Position numbers and translations under genes: made by a program
Shown: positions 1 through 9,027 of the stretch, one piece after another
Layout: every line of letters begins with the position of its first letter
How positions within the stretch are numbered: position 1 is the stretch's first letter
Notes under the pieces: model-generated
Database searches by the model: none
Told to the model about the DNA's origin: nothing
What the model saw: the letters and a program-made list of their open reading frames with translations, nothing else
Assembly: GCA_038826135.1 (NCBI GenBank)
Contig: JAWBON010000006.1
Coordinates: 340 to 32,339 of the forward strand
Length of the DNA stretch: 32,000 nucleotides
Direction: 5' to 3'
From: Candidatus Odinarchaeota archaeon
Lineage (GTDB): Archaea > Asgardarchaeota > Odinarchaeia > Odinarchaeales > Odinarchaeaceae

Positions 1-14
1 ATTATTAGATACAT
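1..14 (-). CDS. cas2: CRISPR-associated endoribonuclease Cas2, first codons only (truncated by the window edge)
   Basis: The minus strand reads ATG TAT CTA ATA AT (MYLI...), like the usual Cas2 start MY(V/L)I(I/V)xYD. It lies 33 nt downstream of the cas1 stop, at the canonical cas2 position, with a purine-rich GTGGGA upstream. Only about 5 codons are visible. Confidence 0.7.
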
Positions 15-47
15 TTTTCCCACAGATTTTAAATTAAGTATTTATAT

Positions 48-1037
48 TTACCACCGCGCGACAAAAGGTTTATACTCTTTTTCTCCCATTAAATGTTTTT
101 CAATTTTATATAGTTCAAGTCTTATGAGCCTTTGATATGTTGCTTTCATACTTTTTGTTAATTGTATTGTTTGTTTTAATTTATCTTCATATTGTTGTAT
201 GAAAATTTTTCTGCCTTTTTCATTGAGATAGATCCCTTCTAACTCTTTCATAAAACATGTGTGATCTAGCATTTTCTTATTTATTATTGTGAATATTATT
301 CTATCGGCTATAATCGGTTTGAAAACTTCAGCGACATCTAAATTTAATGTGAAACGCCTATCATTTGAACTATGTAAAAATCCTATCCGAGGATCCAAAT
401 GTGTCTTATAGATTTCACTTAATACAGTCACATAAAGTAAGCTATTGCCGAAGCTTATTAGTGTATTTAATTTAGTTTTAGGCGGTCTTCTCTGTCGACA
501 TGTATAAATATACTCTTCATCTTTGATAATTATATTGAAGGCGTTGTAATAATCCTCTTTAGAGTGTCCTTCGATTGCCATTAAATCTTCTATTCTTTTA
601 GCTTCTTTTAATTCTATTATGTTTTTTTCAATTGATTCTATTGTTTGCTCTAAACCGCCTTTCCTATTTTGGTAGTAATTGATATTTTTTAACATGTTTT
701 CTAGGCTACCTTCAACGAATTTTCTAGCTAATTCTACTCTTTTCGGGTATTCTATATAATGTTCGCATTGTTTGAGAGTCATGAAACCTGAGTTATAATG
801 TGTTCTTGGATAAAAGCTTCCAATATAGTAGTTGTAGTAATTGAAGAAATGTAAAATTATTTCATTTGATGATACAAACTCCAGCAGACGTTTATTAAAC
901 GTAACCTCTCCAAAAATCATAACTGTGGAAACTTCTGCTACGGGTATGTACTTTTTAACTTTCTCTCCAATGAAGCATAGTGTATTCTCTTTTTGTTTAA
1001 TTTCACCAGAGCTAAATATATAAATGGTTTTTTTCAT
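48..1037 (-). CDS. cas1: CRISPR-associated endonuclease Cas1, subtype I-B
   Basis: 329 aa. N-terminus MKKTIYIFSSGEIKQKENTL, HFFNYYNYYIGSFYP, LMAIEG, RQRRPP..LNTLISFGNSLLY, GFLH and LNLDVAEVFKPIIADR are typical I-B Cas1 motifs. Confidence 0.97.
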   Translation of the reverse strand: MKKTIYIFSSGEIKQKENTLCFIGEKVKKYIPVAEVSTVMIFGEVTFNKRLLEFVSSNEIILHFFNYYNYYIGSFYPRTHYNSGFMTLKQCEHYIEYPKRVELARKFVEGSLENMLKNINYYQNRKGGLEQTIESIEKNIIELKEAKRIEDLMAIEGHSKEDYYNAFNIIIKDEEYIYTCRQRRPPKTKLNTLISFGNSLLYVTVLSEIYKTHLDPRIGFLHSSNDRRFTLNLDVAEVFKPIIADRIIFTIINKKMLDHTCFMKELEGIYLNEKGRKIFIQQYEDKLKQTIQLTKSMKATYQRLIRLELYKIEKHLMGEKEYKPFVARW

Positions 1038-1038
1038 T

Positions 1039-1563
1039 CTAGACCCAACAAAACTCTCTATAGGCGCATTTTCTACAATATGCTATCTTTACTGGTTGAG
1101 GCGGGATGTCTAATTCTAGAATTTTTCTTATTTCCTTTAATATTTTAACTATTTTTTCCTCTGATTTTTCGTCTAAAAATACGCGGATTCTCCTTCTTTC
1201 CTTAGGTACTAGAATCGACCCGTTAAATTTTGCCCCATATTCTTTTAGTCTATAAAGGTAGTAGAGTAATTGGAAACGAGCTGCCTCGATAAACTTCGAG
1301 GTAGTTTTAATTTCACAGATAACACGTTCATTCTTTTTAAGTAAATCTATTTTTACTCCTTCAAGTTGAATTTCCTTAAACATTCTATTATAAAATATTT
1401 CATGCACAGCTCTACCTATTTCTAAAGATGAAAAGTCTTCATCCGGTGTTATTTCATGAGCCATAAGCCACAATTCTCTCTTACATATAAAATAATACCA
1501 TACAAGAGTTCCTGTAATTGGTTTACCTGTTGAGGTATTATAAAGAGTCTTCACATTAACCAT
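1039..1563 (-). CDS. cas4: CRISPR-associated exonuclease Cas4
   Basis: 174 aa. ITGTLVWYYFICKRELWL, GRAVHE, KIDLL and EIKTTSK (RecB-like motifs), QLLYYL and a C-terminal CxxCxYxxxC complete the 4-Cys Fe-S set. Confidence 0.96.
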   Translation of the reverse strand: MVNVKTLYNTSTGKPITGTLVWYYFICKRELWLMAHEITPDEDFSSLEIGRAVHEIFYNRMFKEIQLEGVKIDLLKKNERVICEIKTTSKFIEAARFQLLYYLYRLKEYGAKFNGSILVPKERRRIRVFLDEKSEEKIVKILKEIRKILELDIPPQPVKIAYCRKCAYREFCWV

Positions 1564-1572
1564 CTTTTACAA

Positions 1573-4014
1573 TCAAATTATGAGAGGGCCTTTTTCTTTA
1601 TCTTCGCTACTTTTATAGCCAGTTTCTATATCGTAATAATATTCAACTAATTTGTGAGGTATCAACCTTGTTTTAAGATGTTCTGCTATCTGTTTAAGAT
1701 TTTTTAAATTCTCATCTTTATCGTATACTTCTACTATATAATTTTCCATTTTAGCGGTTATTGTACGTAAAAGAGCTTTATACTCGAATACTTCTTTTAG
1801 GTTAGTATGGTCTATCTTTTCCCATTTTTTTAATATAGCTTGGAATTCTTCGAGCTGATGCTCCGCATCATTATTTAGTTCTATGTACACGGGTATTTTT
1901 GACTCTTCATGTATTAGGGAGAAATTCGATAATTCTTTAAAATTTAACTGATTAATTTGCTGCAAAATCTCCTCTGATTTTTCATTTTTATCTATATTCA
2001 TTCTGTATGAAATCTCATTAAAATAAGACTTAACAATACCACCGAGTATTTTTTCACCAATATTATCTTTACCCTCTAGAATTTTACGGCTTATATTTGT
2101 TAGTATTTGACCATATATCTTTCTAGAATCCTCTTTTTCATGCTCGTCAATAACTCTTAATATGAAGACATTTCCAAGTTTCTTCTTCCAGTGTCTATTA
2201 CAGCGCCCAGCTACTTGAACTATAGAGTCAAGCGGTCCAATATCTCGGATAGCCATATCAAAATCTAAATCCACCCCCGCCTCTACTACTTGTGTTGATA
2301 CTAAAATAACAGGCCGTTCTTCTTTGAGAAAGTTTTTTAGCTGTTCTATTCTTTTTAGTCTCTCGATTGGTAGGACACTTGTAGAAAGATAAGCTAAAAT
2401 AATTTTTTCTGGAACACACGCAGATTTTTCAATATTCGAAGTTAACTTAATGGCTTTCTCACCAAGTCGTTCAGATATTTTTTTATAGACTTTTTTCGAC
2501 GTTTTAATCGTATTTAAAACTATTAGCGCCGAATCTTTACCATTCCAAACTCTGAAAAAGAATTCGACTAATCCTTCATAATTTACTGCCTCTTTAACAC
2601 TCGGAATTAACTGTACTCTTTCTAATTTTTCAAAATATGACTGAGAGTCGGTTAGTAATTCTTCTCCTTTAAATATAGTAGGCATAGTTGCGGTCATCAT
2701 TATGATGGTGGAGTGTAATTTTTCAACAAAATTTATTAATACATCTCGTACGAGTTTCCAATACTCTAAGGGTATCGCCTGAATCTCATCTAAAATAATT
2801 ACGGAACCCGCTAAATTATGAAGTTTTTTGAGCTGAGAATTTTTACATCCTATTAATGTTCTAAATAGCTGTTCAAATGTTGTAACAACGATTTCAGACT
2901 CCCATGAGTCTACTAAAAGTAAGAATTCATCTAAATGTTTTTCATCTTCTTTATAATCAATAGGGGGGAAAGAAAGATGATGGTACTTAAGAAGTAACGA
3001 AATCTCGGGGTCGTTATTATAATATGTTTTAAGAACCTTTTTTAAAGTGGAATGATTTTGCTCTATTATGTTAATATATGGTAGACAGTAGACAATTTTA
3101 TGCTGTCCCTCAGCTAAAGCATTTTTTAATTCTAAGGCTGAGTACACTCCACTTAAAGTCTTTCCAGTCCCTGTAGGTGCCGTAATGGTATATATGTTAC
3201 TTTTATCACTTTTTGTATTTAAGATATTTTTTAAATTATTTTGAATATCTGAAAAAATAGACTGCCTAATCTTGTCTATTTTCATTGTAGGATTTCTATT
3301 ATAACTCTTATTAATATAATTTAGAATTATATCTGAAGTCAAATTATATGATGGTGCAGCTTGAATTTTTGAAATCAATCCTGCATCTTTTTTATCAGCG
3401 TCAATAAGGCATGAATAGAGAAAGAGTGTGTCATAGTATAATTGCCATCTATCATTTTCATTTAATTTCAATTTCATGAAAGCATTCGCAGTTTTTAGTT
3501 TAGATTTAACTTCGCTGAAACAACTCTCAAAATTATTTATAAAATCAAAAGCTTCCTTTAAACCTATATTCTCCAACTCTTTTGTAATATAGTCAATCTC
3601 ATTTTTAATTGTCTCCACCTGTTTTAGAATATAATTGGGTGTTGGCGAGTCAATTATATCTCTAATAATTCTAAAACTTTTCAGTTCACCGTGATGTGAA
3701 TATACACATAAAAATGTTAGTGCTGGGAGTAAAAGATTATTAAACCGCTTAATTGTAAGCCAGGAAGTAAATATTGCAGATAAAAATGAATGTTTATATA
3801 GATCTCCTTGAACCCGCTCATTATTTAAGTGTTTTTGAAAAAAACTGGTGTATTTCCCAAAATCATGACTTTTACCGATTATTTCTGCCAAATCACAAAT
3901 TTCTTTGGGCGCTCCTCCCTTAATCGCATACTCCTTACATAGAATTCCTACATCGTTTAGGTGAGTAAGAAGTAATTTATTTTGATGGGAATATTTTTTA
4001 CATGAAAACCCCAA
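1573..4014 (-). CDS. cas3: CRISPR-associated helicase/nuclease Cas3 (HD + SF2 helicase fusion)
   Basis: 813 aa, TTG start overlapping the cas5 stop. HD domain (SH..KLLLTHL, SHDFGK, HH), Walker A APTGTGKT, DEIQ, MTAT, STQVVEAGVDLDFD and QVAGRCNR. Confidence 0.97.
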   Translation of the reverse strand: MGFSCKKYSHQNKLLLTHLNDVGILCKEYAIKGGAPKEICDLAEIIGKSHDFGKYTSFFQKHLNNERVQGDLYKHSFLSAIFTSWLTIKRFNNLLLPALTFLCVYSHHGELKSFRIIRDIIDSPTPNYILKQVETIKNEIDYITKELENIGLKEAFDFINNFESCFSEVKSKLKTANAFMKLKLNENDRWQLYYDTLFLYSCLIDADKKDAGLISKIQAAPSYNLTSDIILNYINKSYNRNPTMKIDKIRQSIFSDIQNNLKNILNTKSDKSNIYTITAPTGTGKTLSGVYSALELKNALAEGQHKIVYCLPYINIIEQNHSTLKKVLKTYYNNDPEISLLLKYHHLSFPPIDYKEDEKHLDEFLLLVDSWESEIVVTTFEQLFRTLIGCKNSQLKKLHNLAGSVIILDEIQAIPLEYWKLVRDVLINFVEKLHSTIIMMTATMPTIFKGEELLTDSQSYFEKLERVQLIPSVKEAVNYEGLVEFFFRVWNGKDSALIVLNTIKTSKKVYKKISERLGEKAIKLTSNIEKSACVPEKIILAYLSTSVLPIERLKRIEQLKNFLKEERPVILVSTQVVEAGVDLDFDMAIRDIGPLDSIVQVAGRCNRHWKKKLGNVFILRVIDEHEKEDSRKIYGQILTNISRKILEGKDNIGEKILGGIVKSYFNEISYRMNIDKNEKSEEILQQINQLNFKELSNFSLIHEESKIPVYIELNNDAEHQLEEFQAILKKWEKIDHTNLKEVFEYKALLRTITAKMENYIVEVYDKDENLKNLKQIAEHLKTRLIPHKLVEYYYDIETGYKSSEDKEKGPLII

Positions 4015-4756
4015 CTACTTCTCCCTCACTAATTTTACAACGGAAAGCCTCACTAGTTAAAATAACATTTATTTTTTTACCTGTACCCTCATAAATGTAT
4101 GTCTCTGTTCGACGTAAGGTTCTGTCTGGATTAAAGTCAGCTGGGACAAGTTCTTCTATGTATACTCTAGTGTCTGATTGAGGCTGAATTGTTTTTATAA
4201 TCGACACCGGGATAATCGTATGAACTTCTAATTTACCTTCTGGTTTAAATATTTCCGCTTCAGTAAAATTATTGTACTCTAATTCTGCTAGAGCATTCGC
4301 AGGCCCAAGGGAGGGTGGGTAATTGAATCTTTGATTCATTATATGCTCTGTTAACTTCTTCTGTATCGCGATATCTTCATGACTGAAAAAAATTCTGTAA
4401 CTTAAATCCGACAAATTTGAACTATCTGCTAATATAAAATCTGTATGAATTTGTGTTCGCCGCCCCTTTCCTCTCAATGTATTAATGTTGATTTGTTTGG
4501 TCATAAGATAGTTTAAAGTTTGGGTAATATGTTTAATCTTTGATTTAATCTGCAGAGCGATTCTACATTTTTCTGAATTGAATAGTTGATAGTAGTCATT
4601 CTTTTCATAGCCGAGAACGGCTGCGATTATCCCAATTATTGTAGTTCTGGGTGGGAAGGCGTAACTGAGCGAACTGGTTGTTGTATGATGCTTTCTAAAT
4701 TGCGCTAAAAACCCGTGAATATCAAAAACCGTGAGCGGTACTTTCATTTTTCTCAC
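3998..4756 (-). CDS. cas5: CRISPR-associated Cas5, subtype I-B (start may be the ATG at 4747)
   Basis: N-terminal RAMP motif FDIHGFLAQFRK..TTTSSLSYAFPPRTTIIGIIAAVLG and Gly-rich PSLGPAN; lies between cas7 and cas3. Confidence 0.94.
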   Translation of the reverse strand: MRKMKVPLTVFDIHGFLAQFRKHHTTTSSLSYAFPPRTTIIGIIAAVLGYEKNDYYQLFNSEKCRIALQIKSKIKHITQTLNYLMTKQININTLRGKGRRTQIHTDFILADSSNLSDLSYRIFFSHEDIAIQKKLTEHIMNQRFNYPPSLGPANALAELEYNNFTEAEIFKPEGKLEVHTIIPVSIIKTIQPQSDTRVYIEELVPADFNPDRTLRRTETYIYEGTGKKINVILTSEAFRCKISEGEVVGVFM

Positions 4757-5730
4757 TGTTGAACTAGGGATTTTTTAATTTCAGTTATTGAAATATTATA
4801 AGGAAGTTTTACAACCTTATTATCTGTAAGATTCTTAGTAATGTCATCAACTAAACCCTGCAATTCGTCACTAGTTCTTAAATATATTTTTGAGATTTTA
4901 TCTGCGTGTTTTTTTAGATGAGCTATTAACGGGTTGAAGTTAATTTTTAAATTTGAAAAATCTCTTATAGGCTCAGTAGATTCAACGTTGACATGTTTTC
5001 TAAGATCTCCAAATAATGTATCTGGATTATTATATTCCACTCTAAGGTATAGGTGGGGTTTTTCACCTATTTTACTACGGGTGGTAGGCTGCACCTGAAG
5101 AGCCGTCCAAATATAATCGTCGAATATTTTCAAATCCATGGTACTCATACATGTTTTAATAGCCCTTCTACCGCTTACCACACCATAAAAGCCTAACAGA
5201 GAATAATAAAGACGCCAGTCTTTGCCTATTGTCCCGCTGCCTTCTGCTTGTTCTCTCCCAGAGAATACAGACGTGATTGTTGGGAAATCTATAAGTTCAA
5301 CTTTATGAAATGAGAAACCCCATGTAAATTGGACAGGGCCTGTAAAGGATTTAGATGTTCCCCGCGACTCTTCACCTTCTTTACCTAAAGGTATAGTAGC
5401 ACCAAACAATCTGGCATCTATAAATTTCTTTAGAACATCTTGGAGGTTACCTTTTTCAATTTCTGCTTTTTTCAGTCTATTATCAGCTCTGATATTTTCT
5501 CCATCGATTTTAGTGACATATATGGATTCTTCACCAAATTTTTCAACTATATAATCACGGAAAAATCTTTTAAGTCTTACATCTGAAACAAAATTAATGC
5601 CTGTTCTAGGGTCTATTCGAGGACGGTTTTCTGAATCAGGGTCACCGTTAGGATTACAGTTCTTAGCTTCATATAGAATTAAAATCTCACTATTTGGCAA
5701 ACCAGCTTCGTCTAATTGTTTACTACTCAT
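4753..5730 (-). CDS. cas7: CRISPR-associated Cas7 (Csh2-type, I-B)
   Basis: NCNPNGDPDSENRPRID, VSDVRLKRFFRDY, FIDARLFGA, TGPVQF, TITSVF and SLLGFYGVV are Csh2/Cas7b motifs. Confidence 0.96.
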   Translation of the reverse strand: MSSKQLDEAGLPNSEILILYEAKNCNPNGDPDSENRPRIDPRTGINFVSDVRLKRFFRDYIVEKFGEESIYVTKIDGENIRADNRLKKAEIEKGNLQDVLKKFIDARLFGATIPLGKEGEESRGTSKSFTGPVQFTWGFSFHKVELIDFPTITSVFSGREQAEGSGTIGKDWRLYYSLLGFYGVVSGRRAIKTCMSTMDLKIFDDYIWTALQVQPTTRSKIGEKPHLYLRVEYNNPDTLFGDLRKHVNVESTEPIRDFSNLKINFNPLIAHLKKHADKISKIYLRTSDELQGLVDDITKNLTDNKVVKLPYNISITEIKKSLVQQ

Positions 5731-6163
5731 TTTTACTACCTCCTTTAGTTATTATTTGTAATGTAGCATAAGCGTAACCTGATAATATGTAAAAAACATT
5801 AGTAATCGGATCGATTAGTTTTTCAAGATTTCTATCTAAAAGTGTCTTCATAACACTGTAGATTTTTTCATTATACGTTAATATTTTATAATTTCTTAAA
5901 TCCTCTAAAATAGTATTAGCTAAGACTTTAACCCTCTCACTAGACATTCCTTCAAAGTGTATTTTATTTAAAACTGCTTTTTTCTCATCATTTTTTGAAG
6001 AATACTGTTCTGAACCAACTTTACCAACTAAAACACCGAGTAAAAATAATGCTGTTTGAGCCTCAGAATATCCTTGTATTGAAATAAACTTTTCAATTTC
6101 ACTGTCAAGTTTTAAATCCGATATAATGTTTTCATATTTTTCAAACATATCCGTCACACTCAT
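5723..6163 (-). CDS. cas11: Putative Cas11 small subunit translated from an internal start in cas8b (start at ATG 6163, GTG 6157 or ATG 6148)
   Basis: In-frame ATG/GTG/ATG cluster preceded by GAGGGAG (6170-6164) and GTGA (6157-6154) SD-like motifs at the boundary of the roughly 141-146 aa helical C-terminal domain. Internal cas11 translation is established for I-B/I-C/I-D systems. Confidence 0.55.
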   Translation of the reverse strand: MSVTDMFEKYENIISDLKLDSEIEKFISIQGYSEAQTALFLLGVLVGKVGSEQYSSKNDEKKAVLNKIHFEGMSSERVKVLANTILEDLRNYKILTYNEKIYSVMKTLLDRNLEKLIDPITNVFYILSGYAYATLQIITKGGSKNE

Positions 6164-7564
6164 CTCCCTCAAAAGTTTTAGTAATAAGTTATATTTTAAA
6201 ATTCCTCTACACATTTGGGCATCTCTCACTCGCGGTTTTGTCGAAATATTAATATTATAGCCTTCAGATATTCCGTAGCGCTGAAGTCTTGCAAACAGGA
6301 CTGCTTGTCTTATTATCTTGTCTGACGAATAGTATGAACCTGTTAGTAATGCATCTAATAATTCAACAATTAACTTCCAATCTAGAATTTTCCCTTTTAT
6401 AACTCTGAGGGGGAAAATATTTGGTATTTTATCAAAACCTATACTCCATTTTTCCACACCCTCGTTGAAAACGCCTGCTACTTCATTAGATAATTCACCT
6501 GCTTTTTGTGTTAATTCAGATATTTTAGTAATCGGTACATCTTGAATAAGATAATGAAATGCAAAATGGGAGGATTTAGGTTCTCCGAAAAACAAGTTTA
6601 ATGCATAGTATGTACCCCTTTCTATTCCTTCGATATCCTTTAAGTTGTCTTCAATCTCTTTAATAGATCGATATGCTTTTACAATATTAAATGCATTTTT
6701 TATTTTAGGAATTATATCTTGAAGAATCTCTTTATTTATTTCTGTTCCGTGAATTGTAGGTATTAAAAAAAGATTTAGCTTTGCTTTTACGTCATCACCA
6801 ATGGTCTCTCTTAAATTTCGCTCTATATAATTTACTCCTAATTTTAGTTTTTCTTTACATTCAGGACATACTATATGTGTTCTGATAAGATTTTCAGGTT
6901 TTTTTCCTATACCTGACATAAACCCTGCTTTATCAATATTGTACATGCATAGAATACTCCCCTCTGGATAGGCTGGGTCAGTAAGAACTTTCTTATACTT
7001 CCCGCAAATATGGCATCTGCCCTCTATTAGTTTATGACCGTATAAAATATAATTGAGGAGTTTTCTATAGCCAGACTCTTTAGCAAGGTCTTTTAACTCC
7101 CCGTTTTTCTTAATAGTTACAGTATATAGGCCTATGCTTTTTTGATTTATTTTTTTAGAATTTAGCTCTTCTTCCAGGTTCTTTTTTAAATCTTTATTAT
7201 TTGAGAAGAAATACTTTATAATTTGTGAAAGAATATCGCGAAGGTCTAGGATTTCTCTATCTGTTTCATTTATTTCTGAGATAAAATTGATTATTTCATT
7301 TATAGACCACTTATTCTTTTTTTTAGTTAGTAAATATTCTGGTTTACTAACAGTAAGAGTTAATACTGGTCGCTGTCCTCTGCCTGTATTTCCAATCCAT
7401 AGAAATTCTTCAGCTCGACTTTGATCCAGCTTTATATCACAATCAATATAAAAAATGAATTCATCTAAGTCAAATATTATCCTACATAAATTTGTATCCG
7501 GTTTTATTTTTTCTATTGGAAGTCCTTTTACCGCTTCCCCAATTTTTTTAATTGACTCAATCAT
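5723..7564 (-). CDS. cas8b: Type I-B large subunit Cas8b (Csh1/TM1802-like)
   Basis: 613 aa between cas6 and cas7. CHICG...CPEC zinc motif, YNIDKAGF, and a helical C-terminal domain FLLGVLVGKV...FYILSGY. Confidence 0.88.
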   Translation of the reverse strand: MIESIKKIGEAVKGLPIEKIKPDTNLCRIIFDLDEFIFYIDCDIKLDQSRAEEFLWIGNTGRGQRPVLTLTVSKPEYLLTKKKNKWSINEIINFISEINETDREILDLRDILSQIIKYFFSNNKDLKKNLEEELNSKKINQKSIGLYTVTIKKNGELKDLAKESGYRKLLNYILYGHKLIEGRCHICGKYKKVLTDPAYPEGSILCMYNIDKAGFMSGIGKKPENLIRTHIVCPECKEKLKLGVNYIERNLRETIGDDVKAKLNLFLIPTIHGTEINKEILQDIIPKIKNAFNIVKAYRSIKEIEDNLKDIEGIERGTYYALNLFFGEPKSSHFAFHYLIQDVPITKISELTQKAGELSNEVAGVFNEGVEKWSIGFDKIPNIFPLRVIKGKILDWKLIVELLDALLTGSYYSSDKIIRQAVLFARLQRYGISEGYNINISTKPRVRDAQMCRGILKYNLLLKLLREMSVTDMFEKYENIISDLKLDSEIEKFISIQGYSEAQTALFLLGVLVGKVGSEQYSSKNDEKKAVLNKIHFEGMSSERVKVLANTILEDLRNYKILTYNEKIYSVMKTLLDRNLEKLIDPITNVFYILSGYAYATLQIITKGGSKNE

Positions 7565-8295
7565 TAAACCACCTCAAACATTCCAAATCCCTGTGAATTT
7601 TTAGATCCAAGTCCTGTGTCGTAAACTGTTTTAATAATTTCTTTTTCCCCCTCTAATTGAAATGACCCTGTCCAACCTTTTATTATTGTACTTTTATATT
7701 TTAAAACAACTTCTCTAACTTTCAAAGGCTTTATGAACAGTCCTGTTTTTAATTTTCTACCATATAATAAAAAATATTTTTTTCTCGCATTAAAATCTAT
7801 TAATTTTGAAAACTCATCTTCGAAAGGAGAGTAGTAATAAGTCTTTTTTTTACCATCAGGGGTAAATAGCGTGCTGTATACTGTGAGAGGAGACAGCATT
7901 TTTATTTTAATTTCAGATTGAAAATTTAACTCAGATGGATAAGCCACCTCTAAAACCTTAATCTTTTGATTTTCTAATATTATGTAACCTTTTTTAATTA
8001 TTTCTGTTGAGAGTTCTTTTATAAATCTTTCAATTGGCGAGGAAATATATAATGCGACCGGTCCATAGTAGCTTAAGGTATTTTTTTCTCTATCCAGGCT
8101 AAATCTTCCTTTAACTCTAGAGAACGTGAATAATTTAAATCGCCTATTAGCTAATCTGTATCCCTCGTCATGAAGAAAGTTTGATAACTCTTTTGAAATA
8201 TTATTATATATGGCCGCTTGGACTATATGATTGTAATTTACTGGTAGTTTTAAAGTATTATTATCCCAGTTTTGTAAAGTTAGTTGAAGCCTCAA
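7564..8295 (-). CDS. cas6: CRISPR-associated endoribonuclease Cas6
   Basis: 243 aa, TTG start. LPVNYNHIVQAAIY, FLHDEGY, FKLFTFS and the C-terminal G-rich loop GLGSKNSQGFG. Confidence 0.96.
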   Translation of the reverse strand: MRLQLTLQNWDNNTLKLPVNYNHIVQAAIYNNISKELSNFLHDEGYRLANRRFKLFTFSRVKGRFSLDREKNTLSYYGPVALYISSPIERFIKELSTEIIKKGYIILENQKIKVLEVAYPSELNFQSEIKIKMLSPLTVYSTLFTPDGKKKTYYYSPFEDEFSKLIDFNARKKYFLLYGRKLKTGLFIKPLKVREVVLKYKSTIIKGWTGSFQLEGEKEIIKTVYDTGLGSKNSQGFGMFEVV

Positions 8296-8386
8296 GGAAT
8301 GGCACCATAAATATTATTTAATTGTCTTTTTATAAAATTAGCGTATTTCTTATTTTACTATTTAGATGGATTTAGTTTTTTTAAAA

Positions 8387-8875
8387 TTATGTTACTGTTA
8401 CGTTTACTTGTATTGCTACCCATTGTCCTGTGTATATGGTTTTGTTTTGCTGTGGGTTGTATATGTGTAGTTTGAGGTAGTATATGTAGACTTGGTATGG
8501 TGTGGTTGTGTTTAGTTTATCGGTTACTGGGATTAGTGTTTCTGTTTGATCTGGTAGTGTTATGGTTTTATTATCCCATGGTGTGCATTCTGTGAATGAT
8601 GGGTTTGTGTTGTTTGTTATGATTCCTTGTAGTATTTCCACTGTTAGGTTTGCTGTTGTTCCAAGCCGGTTTTGAACTAGGCAGTAGAATGTGAACTGGG
8701 TGTTGTTTTGCACGGTTATTTTTCCTGTGCTGATGTAGTCGCTGTTTAATACTGATATTGAAGCGTATTTTTCTGTTTGAGGGGGGTTTATTAAAGTGTA
8801 TGCTAGTGTGCTGCTTGTTACTATGATTGCTGAGATTATGATTGCGTATATGGTGTTCCATTCTTTCTTGTTCAT
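8387..8875 (-). CDS. Membrane-anchored beta-rich extracellular protein, DUF1616-like
   Basis: 162 aa. One N-terminal hydrophobic helix (IYAIIISAIIVTSSTLAYTLI), then PPQTEKYASISVL and an alternating beta-strand pattern; 7 N-x-S/T sequons. Family call from memory of the pattern only. Confidence 0.55.
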   Translation of the reverse strand: MNKKEWNTIYAIIISAIIVTSSTLAYTLINPPQTEKYASISVLNSDYISTGKITVQNNTQFTFYCLVQNRLGTTANLTVEILQGIITNNTNPSFTECTPWDNKTITLPDQTETLIPVTDKLNTTTPYQVYIYYLKLHIYNPQQNKTIYTGQWVAIQVNVTVT

Positions 8876-9027
8876 TTTAAAAATCGCCTGTTGTTGAATA
8901 TTGAGGGCTGTTTTTCTTTATTTGTTGTAGACTGTTTCAGCTATTTATTTTTAATGTTATTTACTGTTGAATTTTAAAAATAGTTTATTTTTTAAAATAT
9001 TATAAAAAATGTTGATAGTTTTACAGT

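Noticed and set aside
8571-8861. 96 aa alternative-frame ORF within the DUF1616-like gene, and the 120 aa antisense ORF at 20453-20815
   Set aside because: Their N/H/K/T/L-rich composition and lack of stops follow from the extreme strand skew, and both overlap better-supported genes.
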